In this document: one piece after another, positions 12,075 to 27,100 of the stretch
Layout: each line of letters starts with the position of its first letter
Position numbering within the stretch: position 1 is the first letter of the stretch
Assembly: GCA_964016885.1 (NCBI GenBank)
Contig: OZ024741.1
Location: forward strand, 88,722,001-88,786,000
Reading direction: 5' to 3'
DNA from: Eledone cirrhosa
Taxonomy: Eukaryota
DNA length: 64,000 nucleotides
Made by a program: the position numbers and the translations under genes
The notes under the pieces: generated by a model
What the model saw: the letters and a program-made list of their open reading frames with translations, nothing else
Told to the model about the DNA's origin: nothing
Database searches by the model: none

Positions 12075-12520
12075 TAAAAACAACAATAATAATAATGAAT
12101 TCTACTTTAGGCACAAGGCCAGCAATTTGTGGGGAGGAGATTATATTAACTCCAGTAACAGACCAGAACTTTATTTTATTGAACCCAGAAGGATGAAAAG
12201 CACATTTGATCCTGGTGCAATTTCTACTCAGAACATAAATGGCTTAGCTATATGCTACAAATCATATTGTCTGAAATCACTGCCCTAACAACAATAATGA
12301 TGATGATGATGATAAATCTTTCTAACATTGGTACCAGGCCAGGAATTTGAGGGAAGAAGGAAGTTGATTTCATCGATACCAGTACATGACTGGTACTTTA
12401 TCTTATTGATCGTGGAAGGATGAAAGATAAAGTTGACCTTGGCAGTATTTAAACTCAGAAAGTAAAAAATCCTAACTAAACACCACAAAGTATTTTGTCA
12501 GATGCTCTACCGATTCTACC
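12075..12520 (-). mobile_element. two tandem SINE copies with (AAT)/(GAT) tails
   Basis: GGCACAAGGCCAGCAATT and GAAGGATGAAAG...AAGTTGACCTTGGCAG blocks, reverse complement of the 7652 family. Confidence 0.7.
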
Positions 12521-13925
12521 TTAATAATGATAATAATAATTTCTAATTTAGGCAAAAGGCCAGCAATTTAAATTTAGTTGGGTGGAAGGAGCAATTAGAT
12601 TACACTGACCCAGTGTTTGACTGGTGCAATAACAACAACAATAATGTTCATTTATTTAATTGCTACAGACAGAAAAAAGAAAAAAGGTTAAGATCAACAA
12701 AAACGAATTGAATTAAACTAGAAAACAATACAAAATAACAAACAAACATTAAAATATGTTGAGGTATGTTTGTTTGTCTGAAGTGTGCTTCTGTCTGTGT
12801 TTGTGTGTGAACATACATACATCATACATACATCATACATACACATATATACATACATACACACACAATAAAAATACATTTTAAAATGGACAGGTTCCCG
12901 AGGTAACATGAGTCGAAATTAGTCAGTAATTTAATAAACTTTCATGGAGAAGGGGAGCTAGGCATTCTTCTTAAATGGAAGTCTGCTAAGTTAACTTAAA
13001 TCTAAGAAGTATCAAGTATGAAGTAAGAACTTTTTTTTTTTATAACCATCGTTTGACATATTGAGCTTCATAAAAAAAGAAAAAAAAACATGGTGAAGTC
13101 ATTATCATTTTCATTGTTTTAACATCTGTTCTTGCATACTAATGTGGGTTTCACAGGTTTACAATGATGCAGCATCTTCCCCTCTCCCCTGGTCTTGATC
13201 TTGTAGCACTGTCTGGCATGTGAGGTTTAATTTTTAATGTCCTGTACCACATGAACTGCATTAGCAAAATATTCTTGACAAGCAGAAAACAGAACAATGA
13301 CTCCATCTCATAAAAAATTAGTCCTTACTTTCATACTGCAAATTTTCACAACAATCTATCCTCTAGTAAAGGTACTATAAACATTTCAATTAACAAACTT
13401 GTTTTTAAATGAGGAATTTGTAGTTTACTTGAAGCATTGTATATGATATAAAGAATTTGAAGTTTGAAAACCACGACAGTGGACGGATAAACAAGTCGGA
13501 TGAATAAGATGTTATGTATTTTTTACCTTAATTTATTTAAATTAAGGTAAAAATTGCTTAACATCTTGTTTTTAAATATTGGACTGGATGCTTTTTCATC
13601 ATGTCACCAGCCACTAAAACACAGATTCAAGGAGTAGGTAGTTCAATTGAATGAACAACTGTGTACTTTGTATTACCACTGATGAAAGTCCATTTTACTA
13701 TTAATTCTCGTCTTTTGTTAATTGTCAGAAGAGTGTTAGTACGGACATGTGGTGTGCATGGAATGGGGAGATGCTGTGCTGAAAAGGACCTGTCCAACTC
13801 ATGTAAGCATGGAATAATGGACATAAAAATGACAATGATGATAAATATGACTTTTTCTTTTTAGTTTGTGTGGACTCATGTAAATCAAACACTGTAACTT
13901 TATCACTCAAAACTGTTTCATAACC

Positions 13926-14173
13926 CTAACCCCTTTGAAACTGCTTGAAACCATCCCTGGTCTACAATACAAAATGTTTGTTTTAGAGTGTTTATATTTA
14001 TACAAAAATTTCTCATCATAATTTTATGTAAGAATTTTAAAGTTGTGTTCCAAACACCAGTTTAATAATAAGGAAGTTAGTTATATTACTAAATCTCTCC
14101 AAATTATTACTTAAAAAATTATTTTGAAATCATAGGCAGTGTCTTTCATTAGAAATATGATAACAAAAGGTTA
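13926..14173 (+). mobile_element. piggyBac-like MITE, decayed copy
   Basis: TAACCCCTTTGA...TAACAAAAGGTTAG termini; body similar to 861-1084. Confidence 0.6.
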
Positions 14174-14669
14174 GAAAATTTATTAAATCTCCAAATTTGT
14201 GAGGGATAAGGTGTGGTTTATTTACATGAGTATTTTAAGAAACACTCATGTAGGTGAACATAAAATCAAGAGATCCCTTTACTCCTACCTCTCTAGTGCT
14301 GATATCCTGATAAAATTCATACAGTATACTTTACAAAAAGTTATTGGTGTCAGGATGGGCAATTAGCCATAGAAACCATGCCAAAAATGAAACACATGAG
14401 TGAGGTGTGGTCCTCCAAGTAAATTAAGAGGGATGTAATTATGAATAAGAACTGACTTTTAAAGGGATGTAACTCAATAATAAAAGATATGATTATATAC
14501 TGAAATCTATTAGCATGTCATTTAATAATGGGATATCAATCACGTTAAAGTTTCCTAGATGCCTTTATCAGTTTCTAGAATAAGTCTTACACTATATGTT
14601 AATGTGATGACCTAAGATTGATACATATATGTACACAAGCACTAACACAAACACACTTACACAGACTGT

Positions 14670-15205
14670 CTCTACCTAAAACGTAAACAGAGAGGTAGAG
14701 GCTTAACATTTGCACAAAGACCTTTTAAATGTTGCATCATATTCTTTTGACAACATCTAACCACCACACATAGAAGCCCATCCATAGAACAGGTTTGTTT
14801 ACATGAAGCAGATAACATCACGAGAGTTGGGAAAGAGCTTCTTGAGAAATACTCCCTGAAGGATGATAAAAAACACACACCTAGGAAATTGCACAGCACT
14901 ACCTCAACAAATCAGTATATATGCAAAGAGTCATACATGGATATGCTGCCAGAAAGCTTCATTAGCATGTCATGTGTTGCAATGCTGACAAAATATGGTG
15001 AATGCTGATGAGCCAGATATTCTATTTGAAAGTATAGTTGGTTCAAAGCTGTTAACTAATGTGCTTTACTAACTTACAAAACTGAGTTCAAAACCTTTGC
15101 AGAATATGTACTTTGAACAAAGATATACTCTGTGCAGTTGGCTTGGAGGGAAATAAATTCTATCGAAAGTGTGGGGATAGATCCTACCAAAGACACAACC
15201 AGTGA
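14670..15205 (+). mobile_element. degenerate RLE-type (R4/Dong-like) non-LTR retrotransposon fragment
   Basis: Broken translation gives LYLKRKQRGRGL, later IHGY, RKCG and YQRHN, the order of post-RT, zinc-knuckle and RHN motifs in RLE elements. Confidence 0.5.
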
Positions 15206-16534
15206 AGACAAGCATCTTTGGTCATGTTTTTACACTGCCACAAACACAACCAATCATTTTACAGCTCTTTGGTCATGCCCTTACAAAGACAAACATCTTT
15301 GATAGTGCTCTTACAAAGGAATGCATACAACTGACTTTGAAGTCATCTAATTAGTTCAAGAGTTTTCCCCTATGTCAGCAGCTGAATGCTGTCACTGTCT
15401 TAGCAATGAGATAAACTTTTCAAATCTATTGACAGTTTAAGGAGCTATACTGAACTATAGAGGGAGAGAGGAGGGCTTTCTTTAATGGCTTCAATGTAAA
15501 GTAAGTCAAGAAAACAAATTGGCACTGTTCTGACCTAGACAGGTAAGAAAAGGTGTGAGGAGGAGCCCCCCCCCCCCCCCCCCCTGCAAAAGAAACATAT
15601 ACACTGCAATTCACTTAATTTTATCTTCTGTTATTTATGTTACATATTTATGTCTGTCTAATAAGCTTACTGCTCATAAATACATCAGTTTACATTATTA
15701 AGTGTCCTTTAGTGAAACAACAAGCTGCTAGGCTTTCAAGTTATTAATGGTTGTAAATTTATTGTCTACCATATAGACTAAGACAAGTGTATGTGTGTGC
15801 ATGTGTATGTGTGCGTGTGTGCATGCTAGTTTTCATATATGTATTTCTGTGTGTGTGTGCATACTTGTTTATGTGCATGTCTGTGTGCTTAAATGCATGT
15901 GTGTATGTGTATGCGATGGCCTTATCTTGCAGACATTATTTAAATAGCAGTTGTAATAGATATGTATTGGACATTAAACTGGTGTTGGCCTTGTTGTGAT
16001 GACAATTCATTGTGATGATGATGATCATGATGTTGATATATGACTATTGTTATTCATTTGCTTTATGTATATTTTATAGACTTATAAATTTTTTTTTAGA
16101 AGGTATGGGGGGAAAGGGGGTGTCTGGAGGTCTCTAAATATTTACAAAGACAAATAAAACTGTTAGATTTTTTATTGATACATATAAATGAGGACCTATG
16201 CAAGTACTTAGATAATATTAACCCCACCAACACTGTCGCTATCAACAGAATATCTATCTACGTAGTTACTCAACATGCTCATTTACAAACCCCTATACTC
16301 TATACAATAACTTGACCTGCTAGAAATAGAAATCATGCTGTCATCTTAACCTTTTAATGATGAGCCATCAAGGGATCTTATACATAAGTAAATTGGAAAG
16401 CAAACTTTGTATTGTAACAACATATCTGAAATAGGAAATGCATTGTGTGTATGTTTGTGTGTAAATTTTAAAAAGTTACATATATATATATACATGTAGT
16501 GTATTATTATAGTTGATTATATAAAATAATAAAC

Positions 16535-17297
16535 TGACAGAATCAGTAGAGTGTCAGACAAAATGCTTTGCAGCATTTGTTCTGGCTCTTTAGACCCTGA
16601 GTTCAAATCCTGTTATGGTCAACCTTGCCCTTCATCTTTTTACTGTCGATAAAATAAAGTACCAATCAAGTACTGGAGTCAATATAATTGATTGCCTGCT
16701 AATTGCTGGCCTTGTGCCTAAATGAGAAATCATTATTATTATTATTATTATTATTATTTAGTGGCAGATTGGCAGTATCGATAAAGTGTCGGACTCCATG
16801 CTTTGTAGCATAGAGTTACGACCCTTTGCAATCTGAGTTCAAATCCCGCCGAGGTTAACTTTGCCTTTCATCCTTACAGGTCAATAAAATAAAGTACCAA
16901 TAATGCACTGGCATAATTGCTGGCCTTGTGCCAAAAGTAGAAATAATAATTATTATTATTTATCAGAACTGTTAGTTCATCCTTCATCCTTTCATCCATC
17001 TGAGGAGTCAATCAAATGAAGTATCAATCAAGTACTGGGGTCAGTGTAATTGATTTCTCACTTCACCTAACTACTGGCCTTATATATAAATTATCATTAT
17101 CATTATTACTGGTGGATTGGCAGTATCGGTAGAAGGTCGGACGCTATGCTTTGACACATAGCGTTACGGCCCTTGCCATTCTGAGTTCGAATCCCGCTGA
17201 GGTTAACTTTGCTTTTCATCCTTACGGAGTCGATAAAATAAAGTACCAGTAATGCACTGGGTAATTGCTGGCCTTGTGCCAAAAGTAGTAACAATTA
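16535..17297 (+). mobile_element. cluster of four head-to-tail SINEs
   Basis: Copies at about 16535, 16761, 16962 (partial) and 17110, each beginning in the (ATT)n tail of the previous one. Confidence 0.85.
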
Positions 17298-18151
17298 ATA
17301 CTGTGTTGAAAGGACTCATCAGTTGTGTCAAAGACATGCCAACCTCCCTAGTGTAGGTGTTCTACATGATAAACACACCCAGTACACTTTAAAGTGGTTA
17401 GTGATAGGAAAGACATCCAGCCACAAAAAACTTGCCAAAGAGCATAGGGCAACACTTCAACTATGTCAAAAACATAACAACCTCCCTAGTGCTGGTGTCA
17501 CAATAAAATGCACTCGGTAGAGCACAGGATTGTATGTAAGTGAGATGCATTTGACAGCACACTTAATGATAATATACAAATAAAAATAATCAGCTTGGTG
17601 GATGATAATAATGTAGTTAGAAAATATTTTATTATACTTATAAAAGGTGAACACATTTGCATCTCTTTGTGTATTTGTGTGCTTTTGTGTGACTGAATCT
17701 ATTTATTTGATAATGTCAGGTGTGCGTATGTGTTGAGATTATGTGAGCATATGTGTGTGTATAAACTCATACACACACACACACACACATATATATATAT
17801 GTGTGTACATATATATATATATGTACACACACAGGACAAGAGAAAGATTTGACATTTTATAATGTGGGTGTGTGTATATCATATTTCACATGACACTACA
17901 CACACACACATGTGTGTGTATACATATAAATAAATAAATATATATATATATAAGAAATACATGTATGTATATATATATATATATATATATACATTTCTTT
18001 TATTCTTTTATCAAAAGAGAACAGAGGAAGTTTTAAGAAACCTCAGGAGGAAACCAGGCCCATTAGACTCAAAGAAAAAATATAAAGAATAAACTGGGTC
18101 AGTTCAGTTTTAGAATTGATTTTTCTGTATAGCACAAACAATAAAGGCCCA

Positions 18152-21100
18152 TTTCAACACAGTAACATATCCACTATGTGTCAATTGAAAGCCATTGAGG
18201 GTTGCCTTTAACCCTTACACAGTAACATGTGTTAAGTGAGAGCCAGTAAGGGAAATTTTAACCTTCACACTGCAACATATGCCAAGTGACAGCCAGTGAG
18301 GGCAATTTTAACCTTCACACTGTAACATATCCCAACTGACAGCCAGTGAGAGCAATTTTAACCTTCACACTGTAACATATGCCAAGTAGCAGCCAGTGAG
18401 GGCAATTTTAACCTTCACACTGTAACATATGCCAAGTGACTGCCAGTGAGGGCAATTTTAACCTTCACACTGTAACATATGCCAACTGACAGCCAGTGAG
18501 AGCAATTTTACCCTTCACCCTGTAACATATGCCAAGTGACAGCCAGTGAGGGCAATTTTAACCTTCACACTGTAACATATGCCAAGTGACAGCAAGTGAG
18601 AGCAATTTTAACCTTCACACTGTAACATATGCCAAGTGACAGCAAGTGAGGGCAATTTTAACCTTCACACTGTAACATATGCCAAGTGACAGCCAGTGAG
18701 AGCAATTTTAAACTTCACACTGTAACATATGTCAAGTGACAGCCAGTGAGAGCAATTCTAACCTTCACACTGTAACATATGTCAAGTGACAGCCAGTGAG
18801 AGCAATTCTAACCTTCACACTGTAACATATGTCAAGTGACAGCCAGTGAGAGCAATTCTAACCTTCACACTGTAACATATGTCAAGTGACAGCCAGTGAG
18901 AGCAATTCTAACCTTCACACTGTAACATATGTCAAGTGACAGCCAGTGAGAGCAATTTTAACCTTCACACTGTAACATATGCCAAGTGACAGCCAGTGAA
19001 AGCAATTTTAACCTTCACACTGTAACATATGCCAAGTGACAGCCAGTGAGAGCAATTTTAACCTTCACACTGTAACATATGACAAGTGACAGCCAGTGAG
19101 GGCAATTTTAACCTTCACACTGTAACATGTGCCAAGTGACAGCCAGTGAGAGCAATTTTAACCTTCACACTGTAACATATGCCAAGTGACAGCCAGTGAG
19201 GGCAATTTTACCCTTCACACTGTAACATATGCCAAGTGACAGCCAGTGAGAATAATTTTAACCTTCACACTGTAACATATGCCAAGTGACAGCCAGTGAG
19301 AGCAATTTTACCCTTCACACTGCAACATATGCCAAGTGACAGCCAGTGAGGGCAATTTTAACCTTCACACTGTAACATATGCCAACTGACGGCCAGTGAG
19401 AGCAATTTTAACCTTCACACTGTAACATATGCCAAGTGACAGCCAGTGAGAGCAATTTTAACCTTCACACTGTAACATATGACAAGTGACATCCAGTGAG
19501 GGCAATTTTAACCTTCACACTGTAACATATGCCAAGTGACAGCCAGTGAGTGCAATCTTAACCTTCACACTGTAACATATGCCAAGTGACAGCCAGTGAG
19601 GGCAATTTTAACCTTCACACTGTAACATATGCCAAGTGACAGCCAGTGAGGGCAATCTTAACCTTCACACTGCAACATATGCCAAGTGACAGCCAGTGAG
19701 GGCAATCTTAACCTTCACACTGTAACATATGCCAAGTGACAGCCAGTGAGAGCAATTTTAACCTTCACACTGTAACATATGACAAGTGACATCCAGTGAG
19801 AGCAATTTTAACCTTCACACTGTAACATATGCCAAGTGACAGCCAGTGAGTGCAATTTTAACCTTCACACTGTAACATATGCCAACTGACAGCCAGTGAG
19901 AGCAATTTTACCCTTCACCCTGTAACATATGCCAAGTGACAGCCAGTGAGGGCAATTTTACCCTTCACACTGCAACATATGCCAAGTGACAGCCAGTGAG
20001 TGCAATTTTAACCTTCACACTGTAACATATGACAAGTGACAGCCAGTGAGGGCAATTTTAACCTTCACACTGTAACATATGACAAGTGACATCCAGTGAG
20101 AGCAATTTTAACCTTCACACTGTAACATATGCCAAGTGACAGCCAGTGAGAGCAATTTTAACCTTCACACTGTAACATATGCCAAGTAGCAGCCAGTGAG
20201 GGCAATTTTAACCTTCATACTGTAACATATGTCAAGTGACAGCCAGTGAGGGCAATTTTAACCTTCACACTGCAACATATGCCAAGTGACAGCCAGTGAG
20301 GGCAATTTTAACCTTCACACTGTAACATATGACAAGTGACAGCCAGTGAGGGCAATTTTAACATTCACACTGTAACATATGCCAAGTGACAGCCAGTGGG
20401 AGCAATTTTAACCTTCAACCTGTAACATATGCCAAGTGACAGCCAGTGAGAGCAATTTTAACCTTCACACTGTAACATATGCCAAGTGACAGCCAGTGAG
20501 AGCAATTTTAACCTTCACACTGTAACATATGCCAAGTGACAGCCAGTGAGGGCAATTTTAACCATCACACTGTAACATATGCCAAGTGACAGCCAGTGAG
20601 AGCAATTTTAACCTTCACACTGTAACATATGTCAAGTGACAGCCAGTGAGGGCAATTTTAACCTTCACACTGTAACATATGCCAAGTGACAGCCAGTGAG
20701 AGCAATTTTAACCTTCACACTGTAACATATGCCAAGTGACAGCCAGTGAGAGCAATTTTAACCTTCACACTGTAACATATGCCAAGTGACAGCCAGTGAG
20801 GGCAATTAAGTGACAGCCAGTGAGAGCAATTTTAATCTTCACACTGTAACATATGCCAAGTGACAGCCAGTGAACAGCAATTTTAACCTTCACACTGTAA
20901 CATATGACAAGTGACAGCCAGTGAGAGCAATTTTAACCTTCACACTGTAACATATGCCAAGTGACAGCCAGTGGGAGCAATTTTGACCTTCACACTGTAA
21001 CATATGCCAAGTGACAGCCAGTGAGAGCAATTTTAACCTTCACACTGTAACATATGTCAATTGACAGCCAGTGAGAGCAATTTTAACCTTCACACTGTAA

Positions 21101-24100
21101 CATATGTCAAGTGACAGCCAGTGAGAGCAATTTTAACCTTCACACTGTAACATATGCCAAGTGACAGCCAGTGAGAGCAATTTTAACCTTCACACTGTAA
21201 CATATGCCAAGTGACAGCAATTTTAACCTTGACACTGTAACATATGCCAAGTGACGGCCAGTGAGGGCAATTTTAACCTTCACTCTGTAACATATCTCAA
21301 GTGACAGCTAGTGAGGGCAATTTTAACCTTCACACTGTAACATATGCCAAGTGACTGCCAGTGAGGTCAATTTTAACCTTCACACTGTAACATATGCCAA
21401 GTGACAGCCAGTGAGAGCAATTTTAACCTTCACACTGTAGCATATGCCAAGTGACAGCCAGTGAGCGCAATTTTAACCTTCACACTGTAATATATGTCAA
21501 GTAGCAGCCAGTGAGAGCAATTTTAACCTTCACACTGTAATATATGCCAAGTAGCAGCCAGTGAGGGCAATTTTAACCTTCACACTGTAACATATGCCAA
21601 GTGACTGCCAGTGAGGTCAATTTTAACCTTCACACTGTAACATATGCCAAGTGACAGCCAGTGAGAGCAATTTTAACCTTCACACTGTAGCATATGCCAA
21701 GTGACAGCCAGTGAGAGCAATTTTAACCTTCACCCTGTAACATATGCCAAGTGACAGCCAGTGAGAGCAATTTTAACCTTCACACTGTAACATATGCCAA
21801 GTGACAGCCAGTGAGAGCAATTTTAACCTTCACACTGTAACATATGCCAAGTGACAGCCAGTGAGAGCAATTTTAACCTTCACACTGTAACATATGACAA
21901 GTGACAGCCAGTGAGAGCAATTTTAACCTTCACACTGTAACATATGTCAAGTGACAGCCAGTGAGAGCAATTTTAACCTTCACACTGTAACATATGACAA
22001 GTGACAGCCAGTGGGAGCAATTTTGCCCTTCACACTGTAACATATGACAAGTGACAGCCAGTGGGAGCAATTTTAACCTTCACACTTTAACATATGACAA
22101 GTGACAGCCAGTGAGAGCAATTTTAATCTTCACACTGTAACATATGCCAAGTGACAGCCAGTGAACAGCAATTTTAACCTTCACACTGTAACATATGACA
22201 AGTGACAGCCAGTGAGAGCAATTTTAACCTTGACACTGTAACATATGCCAAGTGACGGCCAGTGAGGGCAATTTTAACCTTCACTCTGTAACATATCTCA
22301 AGTGACAGCTAGTGAGGGCAATTTTAACCTTCACACTGTAACATATGCCAAGTGACTGCCAGTGAGGTCAATTTTAACCTTCACACTGTAACATATGCCA
22401 AGTGACAGCCAGTGAGAGCAATTTTAACCTTCACACTGTAGCATATGCCAAGTGACAGCTAGTGAGCGCAATTTTAACCTTCACACTGTAATATATGTCA
22501 AGTAGCAGCCAGTGAGAGCAATTTTAACCTTCACACTGTAATATATGCCAAGTAGCAGCCAGTGAGGGCAATTTTAACCTTCACACTGTAACATATGCCA
22601 AGTGACTGCCAGTGAGGTCAATTTTAACCTTCACACTGTAACATATGCCAAGTGACAGCCAGTGAGAGCAATTTTAACCTTCACCCTGTAACATATGCCA
22701 AGTGACAGCCAGTGAGAGCAATTTTAACCTTCACACTATAACATATGCCAAGTGACAGCCAGTGAGGGCAATTTTAAACTTCACACTGTAACATATGCCA
22801 AATAGCAGCCAGTGAGGGCAATTTTAACCTTCACACTGTAACATATGCCAAGTGACTGCCAGTGAGGGCAATTTTAACCTTCACACTGTAACATGTGCCA
22901 AGTGACAGCCAGTGAGAGCAATTTTAACCTTCACACTGTAACATATGTCAACTGACAACCACTGAGAGCAATTTTAACCTTCAACCTGTAACATATGCCA
23001 AGTGATAGCTAGTGAGGGCAATTTGAACCTTCACACTGTATCATATGTCAACTGACAGCCAGTGAGAGCAATTTTAACCTTCACACTGTAACATATGTCA
23101 ACTGACAACCAGTGAGAGCAATTTTAACCTTCACACTGTAACATATGTCAACTGACAACCAGTGAGAGCAATTCTAACCTTCACACTGCAACATATGCCA
23201 AGTGACAGCCAGTGAGAGCAATTTTGACCTTCACCCTGTAACATATGCCAAGTGACAGCCAGTGAGGGCAATTTTAACCTTTACACTGTAACATATGCCA
23301 AGTGACAGCCAGTGAGAGCAATTTTAATCTTAACACTGTAACATATGCCAAGTGACAGCTAGTGAGAGCAATTTTAACCTTCACACTGTAACATATGCCA
23401 AGTAGCAGCCAGTGAGAGCAATTTTAACCTTCACACTGTAACATATGCCAAGTGACAGCCAGTGAGAGCAATTTTGACCTTCACCCTGTAACATATGCCA
23501 AGTGACAGCCAGTGAGGGCAATTTTAACCTTTACACTGTAACATATGCCAAGTGACAGCCAGTGAGTGCAATTTTAACCTTCACACTGTAACATATGCCA
23601 AGTGACAGCCAGTGAGGGCAATTTTAACCTTCACACTGTAACATATGCCAAGTGACAGCCAGTGAGGGCAATCTTAACCTTCACACTGCAACATATGCCA
23701 AGTGACAGCCAGTGAGGGCAATTTGAACCTTCACACTGTAACATATGCCAACTGACAGCCAGTGAGAGCAATTTTACCCTTCACCCTGTAACATATGCCA
23801 AGTGACAGCCAGTGAGGGCAATTTTACCCTTCACACTGTAACATATGGCAAGTGACAGCCAGTGAGGGCAATTTTAACCTTCACACTGTAACATATGCCA
23901 AGTGACAGCCAGTGAGAGCAATTTTAACCTTCACACTGTAACATATGTCAAGTGACAGCCAGTGAGAGCAATTCTAACCTTCACACTGTAACATATGTCA
24001 AGTGACAGCCAGTGAGAGCAATTCTAACCTTCACACTGTAACATATGTCAAGTGACAGCCAGTGAGAGCAATTTTAACCTTCACACTGTAACATATGCCA

Positions 24101-27100
24101 AGTGACAGCCAGTGAGAGCAATTTTAACCTTCACACTGTAACATAAGCCAAGTGACAGCCAGTGAGGGCAATTTTACCCTTCACACTGTAACATATGCCA
24201 AGTGACAGCCAGTGAGAGCAATTTTAACCTTCACACTGTAACATATGCTAAGTGACAGCCAGTGAGAGCAATTTTACCCTTCACACTGCAACATATGCCA
24301 AGTGACAGCCAGTGAGAGCAATTTTAACCTTCACACTGTAACATATGCCAAGTGACGGCCAGTGAGAGCAATTTTAACCTTCACACTGTAACATATGCCA
24401 AGTGACAGCCAGTGAGAGCAATTTTAACCTTCACACTGTAACATATGACAAGTGACATCCAGGGAGAGCAATTTTAACCTTCACACTGTAACATATGCCA
24501 AGTAGCAGCCAGTGAGAGCAATTTAACCTTCACTCTGTAACATATGCCAAGTAGCAGCCAGTGAGAGCAATTTTAAACTTCACACTGTAACATATGCCAA
24601 GTAGCAGCCAGTGAGGGCAATTTTAACCTTCATACTGTAACATATGTCAACTGACAGCCAGTGAGAGCAATTTTAACCTTCACACTGTAACATAAGCCAA
24701 GTGACAGCCAGTGAGGGCAATTTTACCCTTCACACTGTAACATATGCCAAGTGACAGCCAGTGAGAGCAATTTAACCTTCACACTGTAACATATGCCAAG
24801 TGACAGCCAGTGAGAGCAATTTTAACCTTCACACTGTAACATATGCCAAGTAGCAGCCAGTGAGGGCAATTTTAACCTTCATACTGTAACATATGTCAAG
24901 TGACAGCCAGTGAGGGCAATTTTACCCTTCACACTGCAACATATGCCAAGTGACAGCCAGTGAGGGCAATTTTAACCTTCACACTGTAACATATGCCAAG
25001 TGACAGCCAGTGAGGGCAATTTTAACCTTCACACTGTAACATATGCCAAGTGACAGCCAGTGAGAGCAATTTTAACCTTCACACTGTAACATATGCCAAG
25101 TAACAGCCAGTGAGAGCAATTTTAACCTTCACACTGTAACATATGCCAAGTGACACCCAGTGAGAGCAATTTTAACCTTCACACTGTAACATATGACAAG
25201 TGACAGCCAGTGAGAGCAATTTTAACCTTCACACTGTAACATATGTCAAGTGACAGCCAGTGAGAGCAATTTTAACCTTCACACTGTAACATATGACAAG
25301 TGACAGCCAGTGGGAGCAATTTTGACCTTCACACTGTAACATATGACAAGTGACAGCCAGTGGGAGCAATTTTAACCTTCACACTTTAACATATGACAAG
25401 TGACAGCCAGTGAGAGCAATTTTAATCTTCACACTGTAACATATGCCAAGTGACAGCCAGTGAACAGCAATTTTAACCTTCACACTGTAACATATGACAA
25501 GTGACAGCCAGTGAGAGCAATTTTAACCTTCACACTGTAACATATGCCAAGTGACAGCCAGTGGGAGCAATTTTGACCTTCACACTGTAACATATGCCAA
25601 GTGACAGCCAGTGAGAGCAATTTTAACCTTCACACTGTAACATATGTCAAGTGACAGCCAGTAAGAGCAATTTTAACCTTCACACTGTAACATATGTCAA
25701 TTGACAGCCAGTGAGAGCAATTTTAACCTTCACACTGTAACATATGTCAAGTGACAGCCAGTGAGAGCAATTTTAACCTTGACACTGTAACATATGTCAA
25801 GTAACAGCCAGTGAGGGCAATCTTAACCTTCACACTGCAACATATGCCAAGTGACAGCCAGTGAGTGCAATTATAACCTTCACACTGTAACATATGCCAA
25901 GTGACAGCCAGTGAAGGCAATTTTAACCTTCACACTGTAACATATGCCAAGTGACAGCCAGTGAGGGCAATCTTAACCTTCACACTGCAACATATGCCAA
26001 GTGACAGCCAGTGAGGGCAATTTGAACCTTCACACTGTAACATATGCCAACTGACAGCCAGTGAGAGCAATTTTACCCTTCACCCTGTAACATATGCCAA
26101 GTGACAGCCAGTGAGGGCAATTTTACCCTTCACACTGTAACATATGCCAAGTGACAGCCAGTGAGGGCAATTTTAACCTTCACACTGTAACATATGCCAA
26201 GTGACAGCCAGTGAGAGCAATTTTAACCTTCACACTGTAACATATGTCAAGTGACAGCCAGTGAGAGCAATTCTAACCTTCACACTGTAACATATGTCAA
26301 GTGACAGCCAGTGAGAGCAATTCTAACCTTCACACTGTAACATATGTCAAGTGACAGCCAGTGAGAGCAATTTTAACCTTCACACTGTAACATATGCCAA
26401 GTGACAGCCAGTGAGAGCAATTTTAACCTTCACACTGTAACATAAGCCAAGTGACAGCCAGTGAGGGCAATTTTACCCTTCACACTGTAACATATGCCAA
26501 GTGACAGCCAGTGAGAGCAATTTTAACCTTCACACTGTAACATATGCCAAGTGACGGCCAGTGAGAGCAATTTTAACCTTCACACTGTAACATATGCCAA
26601 GTGACAGCCAGTGAGAGCAATTTTAACCTTCACACTGTAACATATGACAAGTGACATCCAGGGAGAGCAATTTTAACCTTCACACTGTAACATATGCCAA
26701 GTAGCAGCCAGTGAGAGCAATTTAACCTTCACTCTGTAACATATGCCAAGTAGCAGCCAGTGAGAGCAATTTTAAACTTCACACTGTAACATATGCCAAG
26801 TAGCAGCCAGTGAGGGCAATTTTAACCTTCATACTGTAACATATGTCAACTGACAGCCAGTGAGAGCAATTTTAACCTTCACACTGTAACATAAGCCAAG
26901 TGACAGCCAGTGAGGGCAATTTTACCCTTCACACTGTAACATATGCCAAGTGACAGCCAGTGAGAGCAATTTAACCTTCACACTGTAACATATGCCAAGT
27001 GACAGCCAGTGAGAGCAATTTTAACCTTCACACTGTAACATATGCCAAGTAGCAGCCAGTGAGGGCAATTTTAACCTTCATACTGTAACATATGTCAAGT

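Noticed and set aside
13920-13932. Telomeric repeat TAACCCTAACCC
   Set aside because: Only two units, and they coincide with a MITE terminus.
18261-18360. Twister or hammerhead ribozyme in the 50-bp unit
   Set aside because: UAA, UGCCAAGU and GAGGGC superficially recall twister elements, but P2 and P4 cannot pair, and there is no CUGAnGA/GAAA core on either strand.
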